A stretch of 64,000 nucleotides of DNA from Selaginella moellendorffii (Eukaryota; Plantae; Lycopodiophyta): contig NW_003314325.1 of the NCBI RefSeq assembly GCF_000143415.4, forward strand, positions 460,567 through 524,566, given 5' to 3'. Below the pieces are notes generated by a model. It saw only the letters and a program-made list of their open reading frames with translations, was not told the DNA's origin and made no database searches. Positions 22,780-36,251 of the stretch are shown here, piece by piece; the stretch's first letter is position 1; the number at the start of each line of letters is the position of its first letter. The position numbers and the translations under genes were made by a program.

Positions 22780-25700
22780 CTTAAACCTAATACTATATAT
22801 AACAAACTACTTATCTTTTGACATTTTAGCTTGCGGAAGATTTGCACAACTTGTCCATTTGTTGAGCAAAGCTGCAAAGTTAACGACAAGGAACACCTCT
22901 TGGTAACTGTCAACAGCATGAGTGTTGACAATCTAGCATAAACACACTGGACAATCCTTTGCTCCTTCGACTGCCACTACTGGATTACTTCATTCTTTTG
23001 CTTCCTTCCTGCTTTGCTTTCTCCACGCATTCGCTTCTATCATGATACCTTTACAAAGAATGAAGAGTAGTAGCATACCTTCAAAGTCAACTGTGTTATC
23101 CGCACTTCTTCATTTCTTTGTCGCTATCAGCCGTGAGTAAAGTATAGACGGGAATGCTGACGAGCACCGAGCCCCAAAACTCAGTTTTGTAAATTGGGAG
23201 TCGTAAATCAGGAATCGGGAGGCTAGCAAGAGCACGCGCTGCAGCGTCGTGATCATTCCTGATCCAAGCTCTGGCCGACAAGCCTCTGAACGCATCAATC
23301 ACCTCGACCTCAAACTTGTCTGTTCTGGCACCAAGACCCGCTGGTACTCACTTGCAGAGCGTTCACCCACGGCTTTCCCATGAAGCACGATAACCTTTGT
23401 CATCTTCTTCCCACTCAAAGCCTGTGCAGTGCCATTGTGTCACTTATCAACGCTTGAACCAAGCCCGACTGGCTTCCCGAGAACATGAAATTCCCACAGC
23501 TTTTACTGCCTCCTGGCTGCCATGGGAGAGTTCTTGCTTCACTTTCTCAGGATCCAGATCAAGGTCGGTGAAGCCGGAGATGAACACACCGGACTGTGAG
23601 CGCTGGCTGACTTTACATGTGACATATGAGCCCCAGACGACTTTTCCTGTACATGAAAGTATCACAGCATCGATGTCTCCAGGATCGCACNNNNNNNNNN
23701 NNNNNNNNNNNNNNNNNNNNNNNNNNNNNNNNNNNNNNNNNNNNNNNNNNNNNNNNNNNNNNNNNNNNNNNNNNNNNNNNNNNNNNNNNNCTTTCCGTCA
23801 CGGGAGTGATAAGCAGACTATTGCCGGCCTTGAAAGTGTCACATTGTGCGTCTTGGACCCCAGTTTCAGCGCAAGTTGGGCAGAAGCTCACGACTCTGTC
23901 TGAGGTGACGCTCCAAAAAACTTGTGGATGCCTTCACCGCACTCGTCGAAGAGAATGAGCAGCTCGTTGTCAACCAGCTTCGAGGTGTCTGCATAGCGAC
24001 ACGCTCGTGAACGATCCAGGCGCCACTATCTCTTTCACCATTCCGGCAGACCCGATCAGAGTCACGGGCGTTCGAAATCCCAGCTGAAGCCAGCGCTTCT
24101 GTCTCGCCACGGTTGTCATGACAGTTTCCACCGCCAGACGCTGCATGCATAAGCTCGTTCATGCGACTCTCGATCCTGGACCTTGTGTGGCTGCTCGAGC
24201 TAGTCTGCTCTGGTTTTTGCCGCAAACTCTAGCCAAGATGGTCGTCACAGGTGATATCGGAGTACTGACTTCTCGACCACAACAGTGTGCCTAGCCATGG
24301 TTCCACTCCTATCTTGGCCAGTTTTAATCCGAAGTTCGTGAGCCTCCAGTTCTTCACTTCGTCATCCTTAGCTATGGCTTCCAGCCGCTGCAAACTCGTC
24401 ATTGCGTGACTGATAGCACTGGCGCTGGGAGGCTCCACAAAGTCGAAGTTTTCCACGTCTTGTACGCCTAGTGCCAGAAGCTTGAGAACTACTATCCCCA
24501 TGTGAGAACGGGAAATTTCAGAAGTCCCCAGCAAAGCCATGTCGTCAAAGTCTTCATTGCTGTACAATCTGTAGCAGACACCAGAACTAGTGACCAGCTC
24601 TTTGAGTCGCGGAGCTTTGACTGATTGCCGTAAGCTCCAGCGTTGTCATCCCAATCTGTGGATCAAAGATAGCTTGCTTTGAGAATCCTGGATCCACCCG
24701 AGAAAGCGAGTATCAGCTACATGCTTCAAGGAAGATTATCATAAAAAGAACTTTGAAGTACCTGATTCCTGGCATCGTCAAAGACGTCTCGGCGATATTT
24801 GTTGCAAAGACTATCTTTCCCGTTATCTTTCCCGTACCAGGTGGTGCTGCCTCGAATACCAGTTGCTGATCCTCTTGACGAAGCCTTCCATGAAGAGGCA
24901 GCACAAGCAATCATTTGTAGAACCATTCGATATCCGCCTGGGACGTGAGGAAAGCCAATATATCTTCCTCAATCGGCCTCCTTGTGAAGCTCGCAAACAC
25001 TTTCCATTGTCCTTGTTACGTGGTTGAATTCTCGCGTAGTTCGTAGTGGATCTCAACCGGGAACTTCCTTCCAGGAACGACAAGTGGTGCTTGTTCGATG
25101 CCGCTAAAAAGCTCAGCATCGGCTATAGCTGACATGACGATGACTCTCAAGTGCACGTCAACATTCCTTCAGTACTGCTAAGAGTAAATCCGTGCTCGTC
25201 CACGACAATGCAGCTGAATTGGTCGAGATTTCGAGCCGAAAGATAGTATGTGATCCGTGCTGTAGACCATTTTGGCGAAGTCTTGTTGAGCCCTGTATCC
25301 CAAGAGGCCAATGGAATTCGTCTTCTCGTAACAGCAGCGGCATCCTTCGGCAAGAGCAAATGCTGCGAGGATGAAAACGTCGAGGCAAGTCCCTGTAGCA
25401 GCTTCCACTGAACGATCGATGCTTGCAGCTCCTGCTGGACTGTTTCCCACTGGTGTAGTGAAAAGTTCTTAACTTTGTTGCTCTGAATGTTTCGTGCTGC
25501 TCCCTCATCGTCTTTAGGATACCCTCTACTGCGTCGCAGCTCCTCAAACGACCAATGTCCGCGGCCTTGTCGAGGTAGCAAAGCTTTGGACAGCGACTGG
25601 AATGATGGCGCAACACCAGCTTCGTTTCAGGCACCAACGCCTCATCCAGCGGCAGCGGTCCGTGAGTACCAGCGCCGCGCTGCGACCTCTCCAGCTCGAT

Positions 25701-25910
25701 GAAAGCGTAGGCCCATGGATCGCTGCGCTGCCTAGGCACAGACACAAAAGCACCAGATTTCTACCAGGGAAGCGGCGAGCAAAGATTTCGATGATTCTAC
25801 TGCCAACAACGCCAAGATTCAGGCCAGAAATTCTCACAAAATGCAGTCTTGCCTCTTGTGGGGACGATCCATCGCCCGAGCTCCGCAGCGCCAATGCGAA
25901 CCCTCCCAGA
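22780..25910 (-). pseudogene. DEAH11/12-like RBR-helicase remnant (copy D)
   Basis: FSCIVVDE(A)[30 protein letters not shown], and HA2 VVLKLLALGVQDVENFDFVEPPS...LTNFGLKLAKIGVEP. Frameshifted, with an N gap. Confidence 0.85.
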
Positions 25911-26048
25911 AACAACCTTCTTTTTATCTCTCAGGGCATTAAACTAGTTTTAAATATAAACATTACTTAGTTTTAATTAATGAGAAAACACTTATGAAAA
26001 CGAAAAATTACATTTGCAGCCTAATATCTATAATACTTACTCTATTAC

Positions 26049-26932
26049 TCAATGCTTCGCTTCATTTTCCAATTCTTCAATATATGCTTCTTCTGCAGCT
26101 GCATACCGGTCATACCCTGGAGGCACTTCTTCATCAGATCTGTAAAACTCGAAGCCTAGGCCTGCTTCGTATAAAACTTCATCCAGTCGCTGAAAATATT
26201 CCCAGATTTGAGATGCAAGATTGCAGGGTGGCCGAGGCACAAATGAAGATTCCCAAGTCTGGATGTTTTTTGCAGATCCGTTTGAGGTTTTCGTATTCAA
26301 TCCGTTGGACGCAGAAACGAGGATGGTATTGCGGGAAGTCTGCTCCCTGGACGATATAACCCACCTGAAAACGTACACAAATAAACATACAAAGAAACAG
26401 AGAATAGAAACTGATACAAACCTGTTGATCAAGTCTCTTCATTGGTCCAGTGTAAGTCCTCTCTGCCCAGTCCTCATTTCGCAGGGGATCTCTTGAACAC
26501 TGATACGTGTCGTGTCCCTTCGCTAGGCAGAGGTAGCATTTCTTCTGTTCATGAGCAAAAGGATCCACTCCAGGCTAGAAAAAGAAACAAAAAGTCAAAC
26601 TGGAAAATTCAGAATAAGTGAGCTTTCTTACCCCCTTGCAGTGTCTTCCCCAATGACCTCTCTGCTTACATCTTCTGCATTGGTCGACGAGTAATCCCTC
26701 CTTCTCACCCGGAAGACGAGTTCCTATGATCTCGTACCTGTTACAAACAAAAGCAAGTAAAGATCAAACTCAGTCTTGCTTACCTTGCTCGCATGCGTTC
26801 GGCAGGGTTCTCGATTGCAAAAATGTCCACCTCCTTGGGCTTTTCCTTTGTGAACGCATTGTGCTGCCCGTTGCTGCTGCCGCCGTAGGCCTTCTTGTGC
26901 TGCCCGTTGCTGCTGCTGCTGTAAGCCTTCAT
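26049..26932 (-). pseudogene. Zinc-knuckle gene copy 3 (2 repeats; 1-nt frameshift in the last exon)
   Basis: Same exons. An extra T in atcttcatTtgtgcc (~26243) shifts the frame (could be a sequencing error). Confidence 0.7.
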
Positions 26933-29900
26933 CCTCAAAAAGGAAATGTCCAGAACCCACGGGGTACGTTCTTGTTGTTGAAAAGATACGAGGTTTAATT
27001 CATCCTGTTTATCGAGGATCCCTTACCTGGAGCACCGAAGCAATGCAATCAAAGAGGACCTTGAGGAGAGCTTTATGTAGCTCCGATGCGCGATCACAGC
27101 CTGGGTGGCACAAATAATTAGGTTTCCATGAGCGACCTGGGTCAAACGCTAACCTTTATACCAAGCATATTCTTAAGTTGCATATCAAACGAAGGGCCAG
27201 GATTTGTCCCAGCAACAATAGTAATCTTGTATTCAGCAAACGAGAGATGAGATGCTCCCTGAACAAACTAGCCGAGCAAGTGGAGGGATGCTGGAGAGCG
27301 AAGGAAGGGAAAGCGTACAAAAGAATCAACTTAAAGATTTATTTTATCCACAATCCAGCAGCAATATTCGTATATATTTAAAATATGCTGGCCTAAATAA
27401 AATTAAATAGATGTCTTAATGTGATAAAAATATAGAATGAATATAAAATACACACACAGATTATTATCTGGCTGTTAGAAAAAGTAAATTATATTATTTT
27501 TTGAATTTTAACTACAGACTGATACGTTTACTTGTTATTTACAATTGATTCTTTTTTAGTTTTTGCATTTTGTCTTCTCAATGCAATATCTATGCTAAAA
27601 TACCAATAAACTAAAATAAAAAAGAACCATCTATTTGTCAAATAGAGTTTGACTGGGTAGAAAAGTTAAATGGCACATTATAGGAACATAAATCCATTTT
27701 ACTAAGCATATTTATTTTTAAAACATACTAATTACAAATCATTTTGATGCTTTCAACCTAGGTCCATATGTAGACAATGTAGAATATATATACATATATA
27801 TATGGCCGGTGTTTACAATCTTCTAAAGATTGCTGTGGTAACATTTCTGCCTAACAATTTACATCATTAATATCACATAGGTGCTACATTCCACAGAAGA
27901 AAAAATATTAAGAGAACGAATTTTTTTAAAGGCTAGCATTTTTAACCTACAAAAATGGATGATTTACTCTTCCTTTATATATATCTTAAAAAGTTTGACT
28001 TTGACATTATGATTGTTCTAAATAGTTGAGGATAAAATTACAACTAATAAACTGAAACATTTCTACAAAGAGTAGTTAGAGTTGTAGTAAATGATATTGA
28101 AACATCAGATAGCAAATACATTAATAAAAGCATCATATATAAAATAATATATATAATAAAATTATTATATTTGAGAATTAGTTCTATCATATATAAGCAA
28201 GAGTTGGAGAATGCTGAAAGGAGATTGACACAGTTCTATTTTTATTGCCTAATATATTTTGCAATTATATTAGAAGAGCTGAGGAAATTCACGAGATGAA
28301 GATATAGGTGGAGCAAAGAGTGTGTACAAGCTTGGTGTTAGACATGGGAATCTAAAATAAAAATCATATTTATATTTATTTATAGCTTTAAGATATATAT
28401 CATTAAAAGTTGGAATTTTATATTTAAAAAATTATAGTGCTTTGCAGAAATTATGGTTTGTTGTATTTAAATTGTTTTATAAGGACTATACCCCTTCAAG
28501 ACAGTTTTGGCCCAATTCTCTAAAAATTAAATAAATCAAAATTATAAGTTAATATGGAGAAATAATAGAATAGGGCAAAGGTTTGTTGGTGCAGATAAAG
28601 TAATATGTAGCTATCATAGCTACATATTAATCTATGTCCACCAAATATAAAATTACTCTACTATGTTAAACTTGACATACTTCACATTTACTATGGTTTT
28701 TAACCAAAATTACCTCTTCTAAATTACCATTCAAGTTTTAATTTGAAACAAACAAAATATCCAATATCTAACAAAATAGAATAATTATATATTATAGTTA
28801 TTTATTATATTATAATATTATTTTCTAATTAAAACATTTATAAACATTGACTATAGTCTAACTAGACCTTAAAATCATTTATATAATTTAATACATGCAT
28901 AGAAATAATGTTTTATATTATATTTTTACTTTTATATTACTACTGTGTCTATTCCCATCTGGCATTCCAATACAATAATGCTCTATTTTTTGTTTTGTAG
29001 TTAGGAAATATGCTATTAATTGGATGGTTAATATTTGAAGGCATCTAATCAACGACCTGCATAGAACTGAGCTGCTTATATACATAATTATAAAATAACA
29101 AATAGAACTTTAGATTTAGATAAAATCACTCTGAAATATTTGAGAATTAAGCAAAACTTCAAATGTTATATCAACCTATCAAGTAATATTTCTAAATACT
29201 ATATAATGACTTTTTATAGCTTAAAGTGACTGCATTCGTATTGTATTACATTTAAATTTTAAACCCAGAAAAACTATAAATCAGAAAAACTATTTCTGTA
29301 TTTACTACCCAATACCATAAATGCAATTTTGCTTCCATAAAAACATAAATCACGTTGTTTGCAGTTACTGTTAAATTCTGTAAATATAACTATTTTTTTG
29401 TATTGGCCAATTATACCTTACTATTATAAAAAGAACACTTTCTTTTTAATAATAATCTCTAATAAAGTTTTTTAACAATACCCTTAATTTACTTTATGCT
29501 GATGAACTCCATATTAAAACTATTCTTGGATCAATGCAATTGTGAGTATATAGAAGAGTGAAGGGTTTGGATTGAAAATAATCTGATGGCTACTAAAATC
29601 TTATTACACTAATAATATTTTATAGTTATTGATTTTCAACCTCTTTATTTATGAGGATGTTTTAATTTATATTTATTTCTTAATGATAAAAATAGATAGA
29701 ATATTGGAGCTCTTTTAAATTTTCTAATAAAGATTATATTCGACTTTTAGGTCTTAAAAGTAGATTTGTATTTGTAATTAATCATTGTAATAAGATAAAA
29801 TTACTCTATCAAAGTTGATAATATTTTAAGAGAATTCATGAAGTATTATTATTCCCCTTCTCATAAATTTGCAGCCTAATATCTATAATACTTATTCTAT

Positions 29901-29957
29901 TACTTTATTAAAACACATCTATTGAAGAATTGAAAAATGAAGCGAAGCATTGAAAGG

Positions 29958-30849
29958 TTATGCTTCTTCTGCAGCTGCATACCGTTCATACCCTGGAGGC
30001 ATTTCTTCAACGGATCTGTATAACTCGAAGCCTAGCTCTGCTTCGTATAAAACTTCATCCAGTCGCTGAAAATATTCCCAGATAAGGGCCGCAAGAGGAC
30101 GGGGTGGCTCAGGCACAACCATGATTCCCAAGTCTGGATGTTTTTTGCAGATCCGTTTGAGGTTTTCGTATTCAATCCGTTGGACGCAGAAACGAGGATG
30201 GTATTGCGGGAAGTCTGCTACCTGAACGATATAACTCACCTGAAAACGTACACAAATAAACATAAACAAAGAAACAGAGAATAGAAAGTGATACAAACCT
30301 GAAGACAAAATCTCTTCATTGGTCCAGTGTGAGTCCTCTCTGCCCAGTCCTCATTTCTCAGGGGATCTCTTGAACACTGATACGTGTCGTGTCCCTTCGC
30401 TAGGCAGAGGTAGCATTTCTTCTGTTCGTGAGCAAAAGGATCAACTCCAGGCTAGAAAAAGAAACAAAAAGTCAAATCTGGAAAATTCAGAATAAGTGAG
30501 CTTTCTTACCCCCTTGCAGTGTCTTTCCCAATGGCCTCTCTGCTTACATCTTCTGCATTGGTCGACGAGTAATCCCTCCTTCTCACCTGGACGATGAGTT
30601 CCTATGATCTCGTACCTGTTACAAACAAAAGCAGGTAAACATCAAACTCAGTCTTGCTTACCTTGCTCGCATGTGTTCGGCAGCGTCCTCGATTGCAAAA
30701 ATGTCCACCACCTTCGGCTTTTCCTTTGTGAACGCATTGTGCTGCCCGTTGCTGCTGCCGCCGTAGGCCTTCTTGTGCTGCCCGTTGCTACTGCTGCCGT
30801 CGTAAGCCTTCCTGTAGTGCCCGTTGCTGCTGCTGCTGTAATCCTTCAT
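29958..30849 (-). CDS. Zinc-knuckle gene copy 4 (3 repeats; C-terminus truncated by a micro-inversion)
   Basis: Same exons. Ends AAAEEA* because the terminal 39 bp are inverted (29920-29958). Confidence 0.65.
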
Positions 30850-31143
30850 CCTCAAAAAGGAAATGTCCAGAACCCACAGGTAGCTATAAGGTACGAGCTT
30901 TAATTCATCCTGTTTATCGAGGATCCCTTACCTGGAGGACCCAAGCAATGCAATCAAAGAGGGCCTTGAGGAGAGCTTTGATGCAACCCTCAAAGGCTAA
31001 GCATATTCTTAATAAGCATATTCTTAAGTTAGATATGGCCATTTACCCCGATTCCCGCAGACGGACACACATAAAAAATTAAAAAAAAGAAATTTTTTTT
31101 TAAAAAATCCCTGAAGCGCCACTTTTTCAGCTCTGGAACACCC

Positions 31144-33575
31144 CTACTGCTGCTCCAGAGGAAGAGGAAGATACTTCGATAAGATCTCTCTCAACTTCTG
31201 GAACATCACGGGCTTTGGGATGAAAGCATCCATCCCGTGAGCGAAGCACCGCTCGATATCGGACCTCAGCGCGTTGGCGGTCACGGCGATGATCGGTATC
31301 CTCGGCGACGTCCCCGTGCTATCTTCCTCCCTCCCTCCATTCCGGAATCCCTCCAGAGCGGTCGAGAGCTCCTTGCTATCGTTCCCGTCCCAGATCCCTT
31401 CCGGCCAAGAACCAGTCTGCTCGAACTTCCGGATCGCGTAGGCCACTTGCAAGCCGTCCATGAGCGGCATGCATATGTCGAGCAGCACCAGATCGTATTT
31501 GTCCTTCCGCATCGCCTCGAGAGCCTCGACTCCGTTTGCCACCACCTGTGCCGTGAATCCCAGCCTCTTGAGCATGGAGATCGCCACCATGACGTTCACT
31601 TTGTTGTCCTCGGCCAGGAGGATCCTCGGCTCTTTCCTGCGGTGGTTGCACGGCGGCCTGTTGTCCACAGGCTTTGCGGTCGGCTCTGGGCTGCAATCTC
31701 GATCGTGCGACTTGCACAGGACGCTGAATGTGAACACTGACCCCTTGCCGACTTCGCTGTGCACTGTCAGTCGACCACCCATGAGTTCCACCAACTGTAA
31801 AGTTAAGATTGTTAAATCTTTGTCCTGCCTAGTTGTACGTACCTGTTTGCAGAGAGCCAAGCCCAGGCCAGTCCCACCATGATTGATAGTGCTCGAGAAC
31901 TTTAATCCGCGGAAGTGATCAAACAGCGTTGCAAATGCCTGGAAATAAGCCACCGTTAATGGTGAAAGTACGTTCGAGCATATAGACGCTTACCTCTTTC
32001 GGGATTCCAAGTCCAGTGTCAGCTATCTGACAATAAAGTACAAAGTCGCCTTCGCGACACCCACTTTTCACAGGCTGATCCTTTTGACGCTTCTCACGTC
32101 CAGTAACAAGCTCGTCACTAGGAAACCGTGGATCGTCCGGTGTTCCCAGCATGGGTATTGAATCTAATCTAATCTGAACACTGCCCTCCTGAGTAAATTT
32201 AATCGCGTTCAACACGAGATATTTCATTACTTGACGAACTCGCAGCCCATCACCTATCACCTGACAAGTTTCATTAGCAAGCCCCAGGAAATAAAACAGA
32301 AATGTTTTGCTTACCACCTCTGGTACGCTCTTTCCAACATAGCTCAAGACCTCCAATCCTTTTTCATGTGTAGCAGCAACAGCCATTTTCGCTATCTCAT
32401 GGACAATATCGGCCGGGCTGAAAGGCTGCGTCTCCAACTTCATGGCACCTTGAACCCCAGTTGGTATACGCAGCATAAAATGCGATGTAAAGCTCACCTG
32501 ATTCCATGCTGGCTAGATCTAAAATGTCGCCCAGTATGTCTGCGATGATTGTACCGGACGACACAATTGCTTGCAAGAGTTCTCTTTGGTCCCTGTCCAA
32601 TCCCGAGGACTCCAAAGCCTGAGCAAGTCCAAGCAGTCCGTTCAACGGAGTTCGAATCTCGTGGGACATGATGGAAAGAAACATGTTTTTTGCTCGAATT
32701 GCTTCCTCTGCAACAGAAACAGAAGAGCGGCATGAGAAAGATTTTCCGGAAAGAGGACGCTATAAGTACCTGTCAGCCTTACTGCTTCTCTCAGTTCGTA
32801 TTCAGTGGTCCTGCTTCGGACCAGCGCTTGTGAATCACCAGCCTGAAATAAACATGTCAAGCATGAATTAATGTCCACTGAGACAAATACCAGTGGAATG
32901 TTTAAGCATGTTGTGATCACGCCAACTGGGACTTCCTGCTTTCCTCCTTCGTGACCAAACCTTGGATTAGCTATGACAAGCCAAGTCATGTGTCCCTGAT
33001 CGGGTATGAATACTTGCACGTAATCCATCTGTAGGCTGCCACTTTCCAACGCTTGTTTCCGAAGAAAAGTGACTTCTTCTAGCCCTTTAGTCTGGACGGG
33101 AAAGATCTCGTCATCATGCTTTCCATGCACGATCTGCAGGTACAACACTAGGCATGAGAGGTAAAAGAAAAAAAAAAAAAAAATCTCGAAAACACGCGCC
33201 TACCTTCCCAGTGAAAGATTCTAAAAAGTGGGTCGCCCAGACATATCGAAGATCACTGTCGCAATAGCTGATGGAAATGCACGAATCCTTGAGAGCCGAG
33301 AGAAGCCCGGCAATCTCTACGCTCGACTCCACCTCCGGAGAAGCAATTCTCGAGGATCCTGTGAGCTTGAGCTGTTCCACCTCGCGAATCAGTGCCTCGT
33401 TTTCCGACCTCAGCTTGGCATTCTCCGCTCTTACATTTTCTAGCTCCGCGGCACAATTCTCCGTGGAGCTCCGATCGATGGCGGAAGAATCCATCTGGAT
33501 CGCTTTTAACTGATCGAGAAGTGCTGGACCTGCTTTAAAGCCACCATTGAACTGCCCGTCTCTGTCTCGCAACAA
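31144..33575 (-). CDS. Cytoplasmic hybrid histidine kinase, AHK5/CKI2-like (coiled coil, PAS-like, HisKA, HATPase_c, receiver), multi-exon
   Basis: H-box MSHEIRTPLNG, N-box NAIKFT, G1 DTGLGIP, G2 GGTGLGLALCKQ, and receiver LLAEDN..LLDICMPLMDG..VTANA..PKPV. The N-terminal CDSDLRY...GKHDDEIF segment resembles AHK5. No transmembrane segments seen. Start is uncertain (first in-frame ATG at 33494). Confidence 0.88.
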
Positions 33576-35214
33576 ATCCGCTATCGCGAGATCAGCCTCG
33601 GGTCCACCAAGGATTTGTCAAAGTGAAGGCCCCCACGAGCCTGCATTGCCGCCAGGGCATCCCAATCCAGAGATCAGTGCGCCGCCGCCGCGCGAGCAAG
33701 AAATTCCAAAAGCCGGCAGCGGGAAGGAAGATCGCTGAGAATCTGGCAGCCAATGGCCTGCGTGGCGACGGGATCACGGCGATCTAGCGATATTTCCAGG
33801 AATATTATCGGATCACCAGGATCGGGCGACGAAGATCACCTCGCAACGAATGCAGCCTTGATCCGATTCATACCTGACGCACCTTGGTGCTAACACCGAT
33901 TCTACAAACGCCTGCCGCCACTGATTCTTCCTAGAGAAAGACAGAGGGGGAAAAATGGAATGGAGAAATGGAATCCCTAGTGCTAACCACACACGCCCGA
34001 TTTTAAAGGAGGAGAATAAATTTTTTAACGCGACGAGACGACCCCCCCAACCAGTTTAAATCGGGACAGATAGGACCTCGGTTCCTCCGTCCGTGTGATT
34101 GCGCACACAAGATCGCCCAAAATGTATCAAATCCGATTTCCAAAGCACATGGTCTGCCGATAATATCTCGCGCCCATCGCGGCCGTCGGTCCTCGCCGCG
34201 CGGACGGCCCGGATCGTGGCCCACCAGTTTTCACCTGCCAGGTGGGCCAGTCCGATGCCGTCGGGCCCGCGGACGGTCCAGATGGGAGGGAACATTCCAC
34301 GGCATAATCTCGATCTGGCCCCTCTCTTTTTTTGCCCTTGTACGGCCTCTCCTTTGCAAGATTTGGAGATTTTCCTTGCGGTCTCCCTTGCCTGTCAATT
34401 GGTGTTTACCCTTAGAAGCAACAAGCGTTCGTTTTCAACCCCAAATCTATATGCGATTGGGAGATCCCGAATAAAATCCCCCCATGGTAGAAACAATTTT
34501 TTCTTTTCTCGCCTTTTTCGCCTTTCTTTAAATTTCGTGTAATCTTTATCGTATGAAATACAAATAGAAAAATTATCAGATTATATTCTTTGGGCGATCT
34601 GGGAAATCCCCGCCCAAATCACGTAGCTCTCGTCATGAGATTGATAAGACCGTGGATCTTTCTTAAGACACTTCCAATTAACAACAACGTGGTGGCGACT
34701 AACACTTAACTTGGAATTTGTTGTGATCCCTGTGACAATATCAACATTTGTTGTGATCCTCGTTACAACTCTTGCCTGGAACAATGCACTCATGGATATA
34801 GTGGGCTCCCCAAAATCCACGCCTTATAAAATGCCCCGACGTCGCCGGATCGATTCCCGGCAACTGCGATATTTTCCAGTCAGAGATTTTAACAGCTTTC
34901 TAGCTTTTTTTTCTTTGCTTTTGCGATGGCGAAACACATGTACAAGTAAAAAAATCTGTGAGAACCAACAAGCGAATCTCTGTGGTACCTGGAGTGGCAT
35001 TTAACCGCGAAAGCGAAGTATGGCTGTGTTGTGTGTGGTCTTGCGTGTGGCTTCCTTTCTTTTTTTACAAGTGAGCGGCGATATCAAATACTTACAAGCT
35101 GCAGGAACACAGAAAAAAAAAAAGGATTGTAAGAGGCAAAAACTGACAACCTGCGTCATCACCCACCGGCATGGAGATTTGATCCAATTTTTGCTGAAAG
35201 TTGCGCGCAAAGCA

Positions 35215-36251
35215 TCAGCCAAGCATTGTGGGAGGCCCAGTTTGCAGCATCCGTTTGAACATATCCATTCCAAACGAGGAGTCCGACGAGCTGGGGAAAA
35301 ACGAAGAAGTGAAAAGAAACATGTTAGAGCAAACCAAGATAACGCATGAGCAAACCTTGGTATTGATATCTCATACGGGAACGAGACTACATCCTGGCTA
35401 GTGACGGGTGGTACGTGATCCTTCTTCTCGTTTACTTGCTGTAAGATCTGGAGCATCACTTCTTTCAATCCGGACTCGAGTAGCGCATGACGCTTCGATC
35501 TTTCATCGGTCATCAAATCTGCCGGAGAAGTGTGTGAGTGCGAGGAAAAGCTCAAGAGAAACACGCAAAGTCGCATAGACTGATAGAAAAAAACAAAGAA
35601 ACGTACCAAGAGCGTCGCCAAGCTTGTCGTGGTGAGGCTTGCTTCTTAAGTGTGACTGCTGGACGGTGGTGTTGAGCGTGACATACCATTGCTCCCAATA
35701 CAAGCGTTCCATTTTGTGTCCAAACCACGCATTCTGCTTGCTTCTGGTTTCGTAGAAGGAAAGGCAAACCTGTGCATCGAAACGTCATCCAAGAGTGACA
35801 ACGAAGGTCGATCGAAGAAGCAAAGGAGATAAGTTTGATACACACTGTGATTTTCTTGTTTGGATGTTTTTCCACCCAAGCAATGAGCTGGTCGATTTTT
35901 TCCTCCATCTTCTTCTCAAATGTTAAGTCGCCACATTGTACCTAAAGGGCGAGAGACCATGAAAGAACTAAGCGAAGAAAAATTTCGAGACGTACATAAG
36001 TTAGATCGAAGAGCTCGGAATCGACGTCGTGCGGCCGGACGAGGCCCAATGCCCTGTTAAACATGACCGTGTGGAGTATGCCTGGGAAATCCACGAGTTT
36101 TAGAGCGCAATCGGCGGCAAAGAAGAACTTACATCTCAAAACCTCGCGGATTTGATACGGCTCCACGTCCTGGAAGAACATTTGAGCGAACGAAGCCGTG
36201 AAATCGAGAGCGACATACCAGTTCTCTCAGGTGGAAGATCTCGCAGTTCAT
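35215..36251 (-). CDS. ATG101: Autophagy-related protein 101, multi-exon
   Basis: Spliced product MNCEIFHLREL|DVEPYQIREVLR|CILHTVMFNRALGLVRPHDVDSELFDLTY...KIDQLIAWVEKHPNKK...WF (WF finger)...YWEQW...VNEKKDHVPP...FPYEISIP...RMLQTGPPTMLG*. Confidence 0.92.
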
